Shown here one piece after another: positions 8,548-18,326 of a stretch of DNA of 64,000 nt. The stretch covers positions 454,038-518,037 of the forward strand of contig JBBDUI010000002.1 of assembly GCA_040903985.1 (NCBI GenBank), given 5' to 3'. This DNA is from Candidatus Saccharimonadales bacterium. Its GTDB lineage: Bacteria; Patescibacteriota; Saccharimonadia; QS-5-54-17. Under the pieces are notes generated by a model, which saw nothing but the letters and a program-made list of their open reading frames with translations, ran no database searches and was not told the origin of the DNA. The position numbers and the translations under genes are program-made. Each line of letters starts with the position of its first letter. The first letter of the stretch is position 1.

Positions 8548-11500
8548 ATGATGGATTTTGAGCAAGAGTATAAGAAGCTGAATCAGGCCCAAGCGGCGGC
8601 GGTCGATGCTATCGACGGACCGGTCATGGTGGTGGCTGGTCCTGGTACCGGTAAGACACAGCTTTTGAGTATGCGCGTGGCGAACATCTTGCGTCGAACC
8701 GATGCGCTGGCGCGTAACATTCTCTGCCTGACCTTTACCGAGTCGGCCGCTACAGCTATGCGGGAGCGCTTGCTGAGCTTAATCGGCTCCGAAGCTCATA
8801 AAGTTGCTATTCATACTTTTCACAGTTTCGGGGTAGAAGTGATCAATCAATACCCCGAGTACTTTTATAACGGTGCCCGTTTTACTCCATCAGATGAAGT
8901 GCTGCAGATCGAAGTGATCGAATCTATCCTGCGCTCCTTACCGCACGATAGTCCACTAGCTGCCACTATGAATGAGAAATTTGTCTATTTGCGCAGTATT
9001 AATATGGCGATTGGGCACTTGAAGAAAGCCGGTCTGACACCGACAGACTTGCGGCAGATTCTAGCGGATAATCGGCAGGCTTGTGATATGGCTGAGCCTA
9101 TTTTGCAGGAAGCCTTCGCTCTACCGCGGTTGAGTAAAAGCCATCTACCGCGCATCCGCGAGTATTACGACCAGCTGCCGAGCGGTAACGTAAGCGATCT
9201 ACCGGAGCCATTCCGGCCGTTGTTTGAAATCATGATCCACTCACTATCAGAAGCTCTAGCGGAGGCGGAGGAACTGGGGAAGACGACTCCGATAACGGCT
9301 TGGCGACTTAGTTGGTTAGAGAAGAATACCGCCGGGGATTACGTCTTTCGTGACCGTAAACGCGATCAACGTCTGAGTGCGCTGGTGGAAGTTTATGAAG
9401 GTTATAACGCAGAGCTTCTCGTCCAGGAACGCTACGATTTTTCCGACATGGTACTTCAGGTTTTGCGCGCCCTCGAGCATGAAGATGGTCTCCGCTTTAG
9501 TCTGCAGGAACAGTATCAGTATCTGATGGTCGATGAGTTCCAGGATACAAACGACGGCCAACTTCGCTTACTCTATCTTCTAGCTGATCACCCCGTACAC
9601 GAGGGCAGTCCTGATGTGATGGTGGTGGGTGACGACGACCAGGCAGTGTACAAGTTCCAAGGAGCGGAGGTGAATAACGTCCTGCATTTTCAGCGTAAAT
9701 ATGCCGGGCTGCAGCTAGTGACCTTGACGGAGAACTATCGCTCTCACCAGGCTGTATTAGAGGCAGCTAGGGAGGTGATCACCCAGGGTGAGGTACGGCT
9801 GGAGACGGAACTAGAAATGATAGATAAATCACTCCGCGCAGTAAATAGGAGCGTTCCGATCGGTGAGATCAAGCTCTCTCGACTGGAGACGGCCGAGCAT
9901 GAGTATGGTTTTGTGGCCAGTGAGATTAAACGGCTGATCGCTAGTGGTGTCCCGGCTGGCGAGATCGCCGTGCTCGGTCGTCAACACCGCTATTTAGAGG
10001 AGTTGATGGCTCACCTGCGCGCGGCCGACATCCCGGTAGTGTATGAGCGGCGCAGTGACGCCTTGCGTGAGTTTCATATCGAACAGTTAATCGATATGGC
10101 CACACTAGTGCATCTGCTTAGTCAGGGTGATCAGACTGCGGCAAACGAATATCTTTCTCGAGTCTTAAGCTATCCCTTCTGGGAGCTCGACCCGGTAGTC
10201 CTTTGGCGCTTGAGTCGACAGGCCTATGAAGAGCGGCGACTGTGGCTCGACATCATGTTGGAGGGTGGAGGTAGATTAGAGCGAATTGCACGTTGGCTGC
10301 TCGAGATCGCTCAAGCAGCTCAGGCCGAACCGGTCGAGTATGTACTGGATAGGCTGATCGGCGTCGAAGCGAAAAAAGAGTTTGTCTCGCCTTATCGCAG
10401 CTATTATTTCTCTGCAGATCGGTTCGAGCACGCCCGTGGCGAGTATCTGGTCTTTCTCTCCTCCTTGCGTTTGCTACGTAATCGCCTGCGCGAGTATCGG
10501 CATGGACAAACGATTTATCTGAGTGATTTTATCGATTTCATCGAGGTGCATCGCACTAATCATATGCCCATAGTGGATGAAACACCTTTTGTCAGCACGG
10601 ATGACGCCGTGCACGTGATGACGGCGCATAAATCGAAAGGGCTTGAGTTTCATACTGTCTTTATTATCAGCGCCCAAGAATCGGTTTGGACTAGTAGCGG
10701 TGGGCGGCAGGAGATTACCTTTCCGGTTAACCTGCCGATTACTCCACCGGGCGACGCCTTCGATGATCAGCTACGCCTCTTCTTTGTCGCTATGACTCGG
10801 GCTAAGTCAAACCTCTACATTACCAGCTACCGCCATGGTAGCGGCGGTAGAGAGGTGTTACCAGTGCCGTTTCTACCACCAGAACGGTTTGTCGATATCG
10901 ATGGGATTGCGGCGCCAGAGAGCATTGAAGTGCTGGAGACGGCCTGGCAGTCATATCATCCGCTGCCTAAGAGCGCTGATGCGCAGGCCGTGCTTAATCC
11001 GGTACTTGAGACCTATCAGCTTAACGTCACACACTTCACTAAGTTCCTAGATTTAATCAATGGCGGTCCGCATCGCTTCCTGCTCGAAAGCTTGCTGCAG
11101 TTTCCGCAGGCAAAGAGTCCGGTATCGGCATATGGCACGGCTGTGCATGCTGCACTACAGGAAGCCTACACAGAGCTGAAGCAGGGTAATCGACTCAGTG
11201 TAGCCGAGGTAATCAGCTGCTTTGAGCGACAGCTATTAAACCAGCGCTTAAAAGAGCCGGATTATTTGAAGTATCTCGATCTTGGTCACCGTGAGCTAGG
11301 CATATATCTAGAGCAACGTTACGAGCTATTCGCGTCAGAGCACTTGGTCGAGACTAGCTTCGCTAAACAAGGTGTAGCGGTGGGCGCCGCACGGCTTTCC
11401 GGTCGGCTAGATAAGATCATTTTGGATAAAGATAACCGGCGGGCTGAAGTGTACGACTTTAAGACTGGTAAGGCACTGCAGTCTTGGAGCCGCCGTTCGG

Positions 11501-11808
11501 GGAGCGAGGGGCTAAAGGCTTGGCGCTACCAGAAACAGCTAATTTTTTATAAGTTATTGGTCGAACAGTCGCGTACGTGGGGCGAATACAGGGTTGATCT
11601 TGGCTACCTCGAGTTTATCAAGCCGATCGAGGGTAAGGTCATCCTGCTCGAATACAGCATGGAGGCAGATGAGGTAGAACGGACCACCCAGTTGATTCAG
11701 GCTGTTTGGGGCTGTATCATGGCGCTCGATTTCCCGGATGTGACGCAGTATGAGAAGAGTCTAGCCGGTATCCGTCTGTTTGAGAACGATCTGCTTAAGC
11801 GGAGCTAG
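8548..11808 (+). CDS. UvrD/PcrA-family ATP-dependent DNA helicase with C-terminal PD-(D/E)xK-like nuclease domain
   Basis: N-terminal helicase Walker A VVAGPGTGKTQL and UvrD-like motifs. A C-terminal region with YDFKTGK resembles the AddAB/Cas4-type nuclease motif. Confidence 0.75.
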   Translation: MMDFEQEYKKLNQAQAAAVDAIDGPVMVVAGPGTGKTQLLSMRVANILRRTDALARNILCLTFTESAATAMRERLLSLIGSEAHKVAIHTFHSFGVEVINQYPEYFYNGARFTPSDEVLQIEVIESILRSLPHDSPLAATMNEKFVYLRSINMAIGHLKKAGLTPTDLRQILADNRQACDMAEPILQEAFALPRLSKSHLPRIREYYDQLPSGNVSDLPEPFRPLFEIMIHSLSEALAEAEELGKTTPITAWRLSWLEKNTAGDYVFRDRKRDQRLSALVEVYEGYNAELLVQERYDFSDMVLQVLRALEHEDGLRFSLQEQYQYLMVDEFQDTNDGQLRLLYLLADHPVHEGSPDVMVVGDDDQAVYKFQGAEVNNVLHFQRKYAGLQLVTLTENYRSHQAVLEAAREVITQGEVRLETELEMIDKSLRAVNRSVPIGEIKLSRLETAEHEYGFVASEIKRLIASGVPAGEIAVLGRQHRYLEELMAHLRAADIPVVYERRSDALREFHIEQLIDMATLVHLLSQGDQTAANEYLSRVLSYPFWELDPVVLWRLSRQAYEERRLWLDIMLEGGGRLERIARWLLEIAQAAQAEPVEYVLDRLIGVEAKKEFVSPYRSYYFSADRFEHARGEYLVFLSSLRLLRNRLREYRHGQTIYLSDFIDFIEVHRTNHMPIVDETPFVSTDDAVHVMTAHKSKGLEFHTVFIISAQESVWTSSGGRQEITFPVNLPITPPGDAFDDQLRLFFVAMTRAKSNLYITSYRHGSGGREVLPVPFLPPERFVDIDGIAAPESIEVLETAWQSYHPLPKSADAQAVLNPVLETYQLNVTHFTKFLDLINGGPHRFLLESLLQFPQAKSPVSAYGTAVHAALQEAYTELKQGNRLSVAEVISCFERQLLNQRLKEPDYLKYLDLGHRELGIYLEQRYELFASEHLVETSFAKQGVAVGAARLSGRLDKIILDKDNRRAEVYDFKTGKALQSWSRRSGSEGLKAWRYQKQLIFYKLLVEQSRTWGEYRVDLGYLEFIKPIEGKVILLEYSMEADEVERTTQLIQAVWGCIMALDFPDVTQYEKSLAGIRLFENDLLKRS

Positions 11809-12350
11809 GCAACTTCGCCCGCGGCTTTTCGCTGTTGGTGCTGGGCAAGGAACCGCTCGCGCTCGGCCCTACCGGCCTCATTACGGTAGTAATACTGCTT
11901 GATGCTACCGAGGCTAGGCAGCTCCTCGCGGTGAGTTCCATCCGGGTCCTTGCGCCCCAGCCAGGTCTCGTAGTGCATCTTAGCGATCTCTTTGTGATCG
12001 GCGGCGGTAGTTCTTACGCGACTAGCAGCTGCTGGGGCGCTTAACCCTTTTCTCTCAGCTAGGGCGTGCAGTCCCGCTCGGGCAGGACTGCCGGCGAACT
12101 TAGAGTTTACCGCTAAGGATCCGGCGCTACTAGCCAGGCTGAGTGTGAGTAGGAGCTCACCCAAAGCGTAGTCGGCCGTATCGCAGTAATCTTCAGTCTC
12201 AGTTTGTACCTCAGTAGCGGTCGGTACTGAGGGATTCAAGTCGTAAGTCAAAGTTTCACGTTGGGCGGCAGCCGGGTCCGTGCCGACGTATGATACTTCA
12301 CGTTCGATAGTGAATAGGCTGCCTTGGTCGGATGGTTCTAATCGGCTCAT
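11805..12350 (-). CDS. hypothetical protein
   Basis: ORF only. Confidence 0.35.
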   Translation of the reverse strand: MSRLEPSDQGSLFTIEREVSYVGTDPAAAQRETLTYDLNPSVPTATEVQTETEDYCDTADYALGELLLTLSLASSAGSLAVNSKFAGSPARAGLHALAERKGLSAPAAASRVRTTAADHKEIAKMHYETWLGRKDPDGTHREELPSLGSIKQYYYRNEAGRAERERFLAQHQQRKAAGEVA

Positions 12351-12423
12351 GAATCATACTATAGCATAAGCAGCACATAAAATCAACTGAAGTAGGTGAG
12401 GGGAGAGAGGGTATAATCAAGTC

Positions 12424-12813
12424 ATGAAACATGTACTGATACTAGAGGATAGATTAGAGGTGCTGGCCGCTTTATTACTTGAGTGTGATCGTTTGGAGCA
12501 AGAATCTGGTGTGCTTCTGCGAGTGACGGTTTACTCAACCGCCACAGACGTGATTGATTTCGTTAACCCGCAGGCGGGGGAGGCATTTGACGCTATCGTT
12601 CTCGATCGTAACTGTAAGCGGGGTGATTCGTTTCATATAATCGACCTCGAGCACTTCGGACCAGATAAAATCATCTCCATCTCTTCCCTCCCCCGCTTTA
12701 ACGCTGAAGTCCGCGCGCGTGGCGTGAGCCGCAGTGTAGAGAAGGGTGAGGGCGAGCTCGGCTCTTTCGCCGCTGAAGTAGTGGCTGAGTTAGCCCAAGT
12801 ACTCAAACTCTAG
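12424..12813 (+). CDS. response-regulator receiver (REC)-like single-domain protein
   Basis: Shows the REC alternation (HVLILED, DAIVLDRN, IISISS). It is possibly degenerate. Confidence 0.35.
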   Translation: MKHVLILEDRLEVLAALLLECDRLEQESGVLLRVTVYSTATDVIDFVNPQAGEAFDAIVLDRNCKRGDSFHIIDLEHFGPDKIISISSLPRFNAEVRARGVSRSVEKGEGELGSFAAEVVAELAQVLKL

Positions 12814-12877
12814 TTTTTGGCATAAACGTAAGCTTTTTTGCTACACTTACAGTCAGGAAAGGGCGGGAGCAGTTAAT

Positions 12878-13885
12878 ATGCAAAAGATCGTTTTCTTCGA
12901 TACGCATGGTGGCGATAGCCGTTATTTTAAGCAGGCTTTAAAGAACCTGTTTAAGTATGAGGTAGTCACGACCCCTCAGCCGTTAAATGAAACAACTGTG
13001 ACTGAGTATGCTGACGCTGCCATAGTTTCGGTATTCGTCACCTCTGCCGTTACCGCAAAGGTGGTGGCTGCACTCCCCCAGCTCGAACTAATAGCAGCTC
13101 GCTCGACCGGTTATGATCACATCGATTTAGCGGCGGCGGCCCACCAACACACTCTAGTTAGTGTCGTTCCGAGTTATGGCGATAAGACAGTGGCCGAGTA
13201 TACCTTCATGTTGCTTTTAAGTGTGATGCGCCGCCTGGATGAGAGTCAGCGCCAAATTGAACTAGGCGTAATCAAATATCGAGAGCTGATCGGCTCCGAC
13301 TTAAACGGTAAGACCATCGGGCTGATCGGTTGTGGGCAGATCGGTCGCCAGGTGGCTAAGATAGCCCGGGGCTTTGAGATGGAAGTGATCGGCTTTGATA
13401 TCAATTCGAAAGAGTCGGAGCACATTAACTATCGTGACTTCGATACCGTTATAGCCGAGAGTGATATCATCTCGCTTCATCTGCCGGCTACCAAGCAGAC
13501 CCGGCATATTATCGATAAATCCGTACTGGAAAAGATGAAGAGTGGAGTTGTCATCCTCAATACTGCCCGGGGCGAGCTGATCGATACCAGCGCCTTAATT
13601 GAAGCACTCTACTCCGGCCGGGTCGGTGCGGCCGGGCTTGATGTAGTAGAGGGAGAGAATCTGCTGCGTCGGGAGGAGGAGATAGCTCTACTACATCCGG
13701 AAGCAAGAATGCAGGATCTGGTGCATCAGACCGAGCACAGTGTACTGCTCCGTATGCCTCAGGTAGTTTTAACGCCCCACAACGCCTTTAATTCGCGCGA
13801 GGCACTAGCCCGGATCCGCCAGACTACTAGTGAGAACATCAAGCAATTTCTCCTGCACTCACCGCAGAATATAGTCAAACCCTAG
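12878..13885 (+). CDS. D-isomer-specific 2-hydroxyacid dehydrogenase (D-lactate / phosphoglycerate dehydrogenase family)
   Basis: NAD-binding GLIGCGQIGRQVA motif, plus the catalytic R...E...H region near the C-terminus. Confidence 0.75.
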   Translation: MQKIVFFDTHGGDSRYFKQALKNLFKYEVVTTPQPLNETTVTEYADAAIVSVFVTSAVTAKVVAALPQLELIAARSTGYDHIDLAAAAHQHTLVSVVPSYGDKTVAEYTFMLLLSVMRRLDESQRQIELGVIKYRELIGSDLNGKTIGLIGCGQIGRQVAKIARGFEMEVIGFDINSKESEHINYRDFDTVIAESDIISLHLPATKQTRHIIDKSVLEKMKSGVVILNTARGELIDTSALIEALYSGRVGAAGLDVVEGENLLRREEEIALLHPEARMQDLVHQTEHSVLLRMPQVVLTPHNAFNSREALARIRQTTSENIKQFLLHSPQNIVKP

Positions 13886-14114
13886 TCTTAAGCCTGACAC
13901 TGGCTTTATCCCTGGCTTGAGAATGGTAGAATAGTGATATGAATAAGCGCCTGCTTCAGCTCCTAGCTACGAGAAACATAGCTACTTTCAGCGGTATCGT
14001 GGTACTCGCCAGCGGTGTCGGCTTGATTTTCGACCTCTTAGTAGCCGGCTTTCTCATCGGTCTCGGTGCTGCCCTGATCGTGGCCGGTAATAAATTACAG
14101 GATAGCAAGCGCCA

Positions 14115-14408
14115 GTGATGCTCGGACTACATATTATTGGCGGCACAATAAGCTTCGGGGCCGTGCTGTACGGTTTAGTTGGGCTGGCGCGTCATAGGGT
14201 TCCGGCTCAGCTGATGTGGTTACTGCCCCTCTTAGCCGGCTGGCAGCTCCTTAGTGGTATCGGCCTAGTCTTAAGCGGTGGTAGCTGGGTACGTATTTGC
14301 GGTAGCGGTAGCATCTATCTTGTAGTAATGGGGCTGCTCTACTTACGACTGCGTCAGGCCGCCCCGGGCGACAGAAAAGCTCTGAACTTCAGTAACCAAA
14401 GAGAGTAG
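14115..14408 (+). CDS. small hydrophobic membrane protein
   Basis: Predicted TM helices only. A second 60-codon hydrophobic ORF lies just upstream (about 13938-14117). Confidence 0.35.
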   Translation: MMLGLHIIGGTISFGAVLYGLVGLARHRVPAQLMWLLPLLAGWQLLSGIGLVLSGGSWVRICGSGSIYLVVMGLLYLRLRQAAPGDRKALNFSNQRE

Positions 14409-14414
14409 TCATTT

Positions 14415-15578
14415 ATGGCCGAGTTTATCACCTTCTTTATTATCATCTTCGCTGGACTGTTGTTCTCCGAGTTCTTCAATCGGTTGCATCTGCCTTGGGT
14501 GACGGCCCTGATCCTGTCGGGTATCGTTTTTGGTACCGAAGGCTTTAACCTAATTCAGAGTAACGAAGTCACCGACTTTTTCTCTCAGATCGGCCTGGTA
14601 TTCCTCATGTTTATGGCCGGTTTGGCGATCAACTTCTCTACCTTCCAAAGGGTCAAACGCGAAGTCGGTATCGTGAGCTTAATTAATGGTCTCGCTCCGT
14701 TGGGAATGGCACTGCTGATTGCCTCCTGGTTTAACCTCGGCACTACGGCCGGTCTTCTGCTGGCGGCCGCCCTGGTCTCCTCTTCGATTGCGGTCGTTCT
14801 ACCATCTCTTGAGGGCCGGGCGATTCTGCGGCGGAAGGCAGGGCAGACAATCTTGGCCTCGACCATCGTGCTTGATATCGTCTCCGTCACCTTCTTTTCG
14901 ATCTTAATCCAGCAGGCTACCGATACGCAGTTGCCACTACTCGTTCTCTATGTCTTCTTGGCTCTCGCCTTAGCTCTCCTTCGCATTGCCGTACCGCGGC
15001 TGGAGTCATACCTGGGGCGTAGGGATCGTCAGAAGTTTGAACAGGAGCTGCAGCTGATAGTGGGAATCTTACTCGGCACCGTTGTCCTGTTCGGGCTATT
15101 GGGCTTACATCCAGCCGAAGCTGGATTCTTCGCCGGGTTGGTCTTAAGCGATTCGGTCAACTCTCAGGTGACGCGCGCGAAACTACATGCGATCGGCTAT
15201 GGTATTTTCATTCCCGTTTTCTTCGTAATGGTCGGGGCCGAGATGCAGCTGGAAGTATTTGCTAATAACCCAACCGCTGTTTGGTTAGCCGCTGCTGTAC
15301 TAATCGGTTCAGTTACGACTAAATTCTTCAGTGGTTGGCTAGCGGGTCGATTGGTTAAGTTCACCAATCGGGAGAGCTGGTTACTGGGAGCGGCTACCAT
15401 CCCGCAGCTTAATGTGACCCTAGCGATTGCGGCTACCGGATTTGCCTATGGTTTAATCAACGAAGAACTGCTGGCCGCTATGATCATTCTGACCATTGGT
15501 ACGACCCTAGTCGCTCCGCCATTAATGAACCGTCTGGCGGCGCGCGAAGAGGCCGAGTACGTGGAATCTGCGGCTTAA
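14415..15578 (+). CDS. cation:proton antiporter (CPA1/2 family, Na+/H+-exchanger fold)
   Basis: About 387 aa, polytopic, with the typical Na_H_Exchanger helix pattern. Confidence 0.7.
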   Translation: MAEFITFFIIIFAGLLFSEFFNRLHLPWVTALILSGIVFGTEGFNLIQSNEVTDFFSQIGLVFLMFMAGLAINFSTFQRVKREVGIVSLINGLAPLGMALLIASWFNLGTTAGLLLAAALVSSSIAVVLPSLEGRAILRRKAGQTILASTIVLDIVSVTFFSILIQQATDTQLPLLVLYVFLALALALLRIAVPRLESYLGRRDRQKFEQELQLIVGILLGTVVLFGLLGLHPAEAGFFAGLVLSDSVNSQVTRAKLHAIGYGIFIPVFFVMVGAEMQLEVFANNPTAVWLAAAVLIGSVTTKFFSGWLAGRLVKFTNRESWLLGAATIPQLNVTLAIAATGFAYGLINEELLAAMIILTIGTTLVAPPLMNRLAAREEAEYVESAA

Positions 15579-15760
15579 GTTGTGCTAGCCCGAGCTAAGA
15601 CTTGCAAAGCATAAGCCTTTATGAAATACTGAGATTACAGTTCTCAAGTCGGTCAACCGCTTGATAGCAAAATCAAAAACTTAAAATAGCATGTATGAGA
15701 TTAGAGCTCCGGTTATCACCGGGGTAGCTTGCATATATACGCCCAAAAGAGGAGCCAATA

Positions 15761-15820
15761 ATGGCAATTCGTGTAACCCAGCACACTAGTGCTGAAAAAA
15801 TCCAAGTTCGCTTCCAGTAA
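15761..15820 (+). CDS. 19-codon upstream ORF with consensus SD (candidate leader peptide)
   Basis: AAAGAGGAG sits 6 nt before the ATG. The uORF (MAIRVTQHTSAEKIQVRFQ) lies in the 278-bp leader of the KefB/C-like gene. Confidence 0.25.
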   Translation: MAIRVTQHTSAEKIQVRFQ

Positions 15821-15856
15821 GAAGCGTAACTGAAATGTGCGGCGCATAAACAACCT

Positions 15857-17530
15857 ATGGATGTATTCTTAGAGATTAGCCTTATCTTAGTAGTGGCCAC
15901 GGTAGTGGCCGCTATCATGCAGCTCTTACGTCAGCCGCTGATTATCGGACACATAATCAGCGGACTACTGGTAGGTCCAGCTGTCTTCAATCTAGTGCAG
16001 TCGACCGAAACGGTCGAGCTGTTTTCACATATGGGTATCGCGCTACTACTTTTTATTATCGGTCTCGGTCTCAATCCGCGGGTGATTCGCGAGGTGGGGA
16101 AGGTAGCGATCTTAACCGGAGTTGGTCAGATCTGCTTTACTATAACTCTTGGCTTCTTAGCGGCCCAAGCGCTCGGTTTCGCTACTACCGCTTCTATCTA
16201 TATCGCTCTTGGACTTGCCTTCTCTAGCACGATTATCATTCTGAAGCTGCTCTCAGACCGGAAAGATACGCATCGCCTCTACGGTAAGGTCGCTACCGGC
16301 TTCCTGCTAGTACAGGACATCGCTGCCGTGCTGGTCTTGGTAGCGGTGACGGCCCTAGGCAAGGATATGCCGGTAGCAGAGATCTTAACCTCTACCTTAG
16401 TTAGTGGCGCACTTTTCGTGGGGGCTATCGCACTAGTCTCGCTGTATGTACTGCCGCGTCTGACAAAGTTCCTTGCCCGTTCACAAGAATTCCTCTTCCT
16501 TTTCGCTATCGGTTGGGGCTTCGGTGCCGCCGCTCTAGCCGCCACTGTTGGTTTTTCGATCGAGATCGGCGCCCTAGCTGCCGGCGTGGCCCTAGCCGGT
16601 TCGCCCTATGCCTTTGAGGTCGCCTCGAAGATGCGGCCTTTGCGCGATTTCTTCATCGTGCTTTTCTTCATTATTCTCGGATCTGAGCTCGATCTCGGTA
16701 GTATCGGTGCTGGTTTTGTCCCGGCCATAGCCTTCACAATCCTCATTCTCATCGGCAATCCGATCATAGTTATGAGTATCATGGGCTTCCTTGGCTTTAA
16801 ACGTAAGACTAGTTTCAAGGCCGGTTTGACGGTAGCCCAGATCAGTGAGTTCTCTCTTATCCTGCTCCTGCTCGCCCGTGAGGTCGGTCATATCGACGAT
16901 CAGATTGTAGCCATGATGACCCTAGTAGCCATGGTGACGATCGCCGCTAGCACTTACATGATCTTGTATTCGGATAAACTTTATACCTGGTTTGAGCCGT
17001 ATCTGCGAGTTTTCGAGCGTAAATCACCGCGTGAAGGCAAGGAGAAGAGCGAGGAGTATGACGTGATAATGTTTGGCTTTAAACCGGGCAGTCGCGCTCT
17101 TCTTGATGGCTTTAAGCAGCTGGATACTCGGTGTCTAGTGGTTGATTACGATCCAGAAGTGGTAGATGACTTAGCTAGTGAGGGAGTAGCTGTCCTCTAC
17201 GGTGACGCTAACGATATGGAGTTTCTCAGTGATTTGCCACTCGAGGCAGCTAAGTTAATAGCGGTGACCGCGACCGACTATGCTACTAACGCGCTAGTCG
17301 CTACCCACGTCTTACAGCGTAATCCGAAGGCCATAGTTATTGTCAGGGCCGATGAGCCCCAGGAAGCGCATGAGCTGTATGAGATCGGGGTAAACTACGT
17401 GATGATGCCTCATTACTTGGGCAGTCTCGAGATTAGCCGGCGTATCACCCGGCATGGTTTGAGCGCCCGCTTGCACTTTAAGCAGGCCCGCACGGAGCAT
17501 CTAAACTACTTGCGCCGTGGCTCTAAATAG
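15857..17530 (+). CDS. K+/H+ antiporter of the KefB/KefC type (CPA2 membrane domain plus C-terminal RCK/TrkA-N domain)
   Basis: N-terminal Na_H_Exchanger helices and a C-terminal Rossmann-like KTN domain (IMFGFKPGSRA...VVDYDPE). Confidence 0.75.
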   Translation: MDVFLEISLILVVATVVAAIMQLLRQPLIIGHIISGLLVGPAVFNLVQSTETVELFSHMGIALLLFIIGLGLNPRVIREVGKVAILTGVGQICFTITLGFLAAQALGFATTASIYIALGLAFSSTIIILKLLSDRKDTHRLYGKVATGFLLVQDIAAVLVLVAVTALGKDMPVAEILTSTLVSGALFVGAIALVSLYVLPRLTKFLARSQEFLFLFAIGWGFGAAALAATVGFSIEIGALAAGVALAGSPYAFEVASKMRPLRDFFIVLFFIILGSELDLGSIGAGFVPAIAFTILILIGNPIIVMSIMGFLGFKRKTSFKAGLTVAQISEFSLILLLLAREVGHIDDQIVAMMTLVAMVTIAASTYMILYSDKLYTWFEPYLRVFERKSPREGKEKSEEYDVIMFGFKPGSRALLDGFKQLDTRCLVVDYDPEVVDDLASEGVAVLYGDANDMEFLSDLPLEAAKLIAVTATDYATNALVATHVLQRNPKAIVIVRADEPQEAHELYEIGVNYVMMPHYLGSLEISRRITRHGLSARLHFKQARTEHLNYLRRGSK

Positions 17531-17562
17531 TTGCTAGCTAACTTCGCTAAATTAGTCTTCTA

Positions 17563-18207
17563 CTACTCGCTAGTTTCAGCTAGGGCGCTATCGATGATTT
17601 CGCGCCAGACCTCGATCGAGGTCGGATTTTGCTCTAAGGCTTCGCCATTAAGGTAGAAGGTAGGAGTACTGTTAACGCCTAGCTGTTGGGCGATAGCGGT
17701 ATCGCGATCGACGCGGGAGTTAACGGCGGCGAAATCACTCTCGTACTGCTCGAGATCGAGGCCTAGCTCTTCAGCGTAAGATTCGAATGTGGTTCGAGCC
17801 TGGGCGTCGCCACTCCAGTTTTGCTGTCGTTCAAACAGGAGGTCGTGCATCTCCCAGAAACGATCCTGTCGCCCGGCCGCTTCGCTAGCCCGGGCGGCAT
17901 CGTAAGCCTGGGCATGAATCTGGGTTAAGGGGAAGTGACGGTAAACCAGTCGGACGTCGTCAGGGTACTCGGCTAGCATTTGCTGGATTAGGGGCTCGGC
18001 TCCTCCACAGGCTGGACATTGGAAATCGCTATATTCAATTAGAGTGAGGGCAGCATCTTCGGGGCCGCGAGTGTGGTCTTCAGCCGTGATAGCGTGTGGC
18101 TCATCCACGTTAGCGGCGGGAGCGTTGGCATTATCGCCAAATAGCCAGACCGCACCGATCATGACGATTACTACTGTTGCCAGTGCTACCCAAAAACCTT
18201 TCCCCAT
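17563..18207 (-). CDS. DsbA-family thiol:disulfide oxidoreductase, membrane anchored
   Basis: N-terminal TM segment and a CPAC active-site motif in a thioredoxin-fold context. Confidence 0.7.
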   Translation of the reverse strand: MGKGFWVALATVVIVMIGAVWLFGDNANAPAANVDEPHAITAEDHTRGPEDAALTLIEYSDFQCPACGGAEPLIQQMLAEYPDDVRLVYRHFPLTQIHAQAYDAARASEAAGRQDRFWEMHDLLFERQQNWSGDAQARTTFESYAEELGLDLEQYESDFAAVNSRVDRDTAIAQQLGVNSTPTFYLNGEALEQNPTSIEVWREIIDSALAETSE

Positions 18208-18326
18208 GACTTCCCAGCTCCCTTATTTAGGCCTAATTATAGCTCGAGGGGTGGTCTAAGTACAGGTTTATAGTAGTCGCTTTCTTCAACCCTTAGGCTC
18301 AATACTTTATACTTATTATTAACCTT

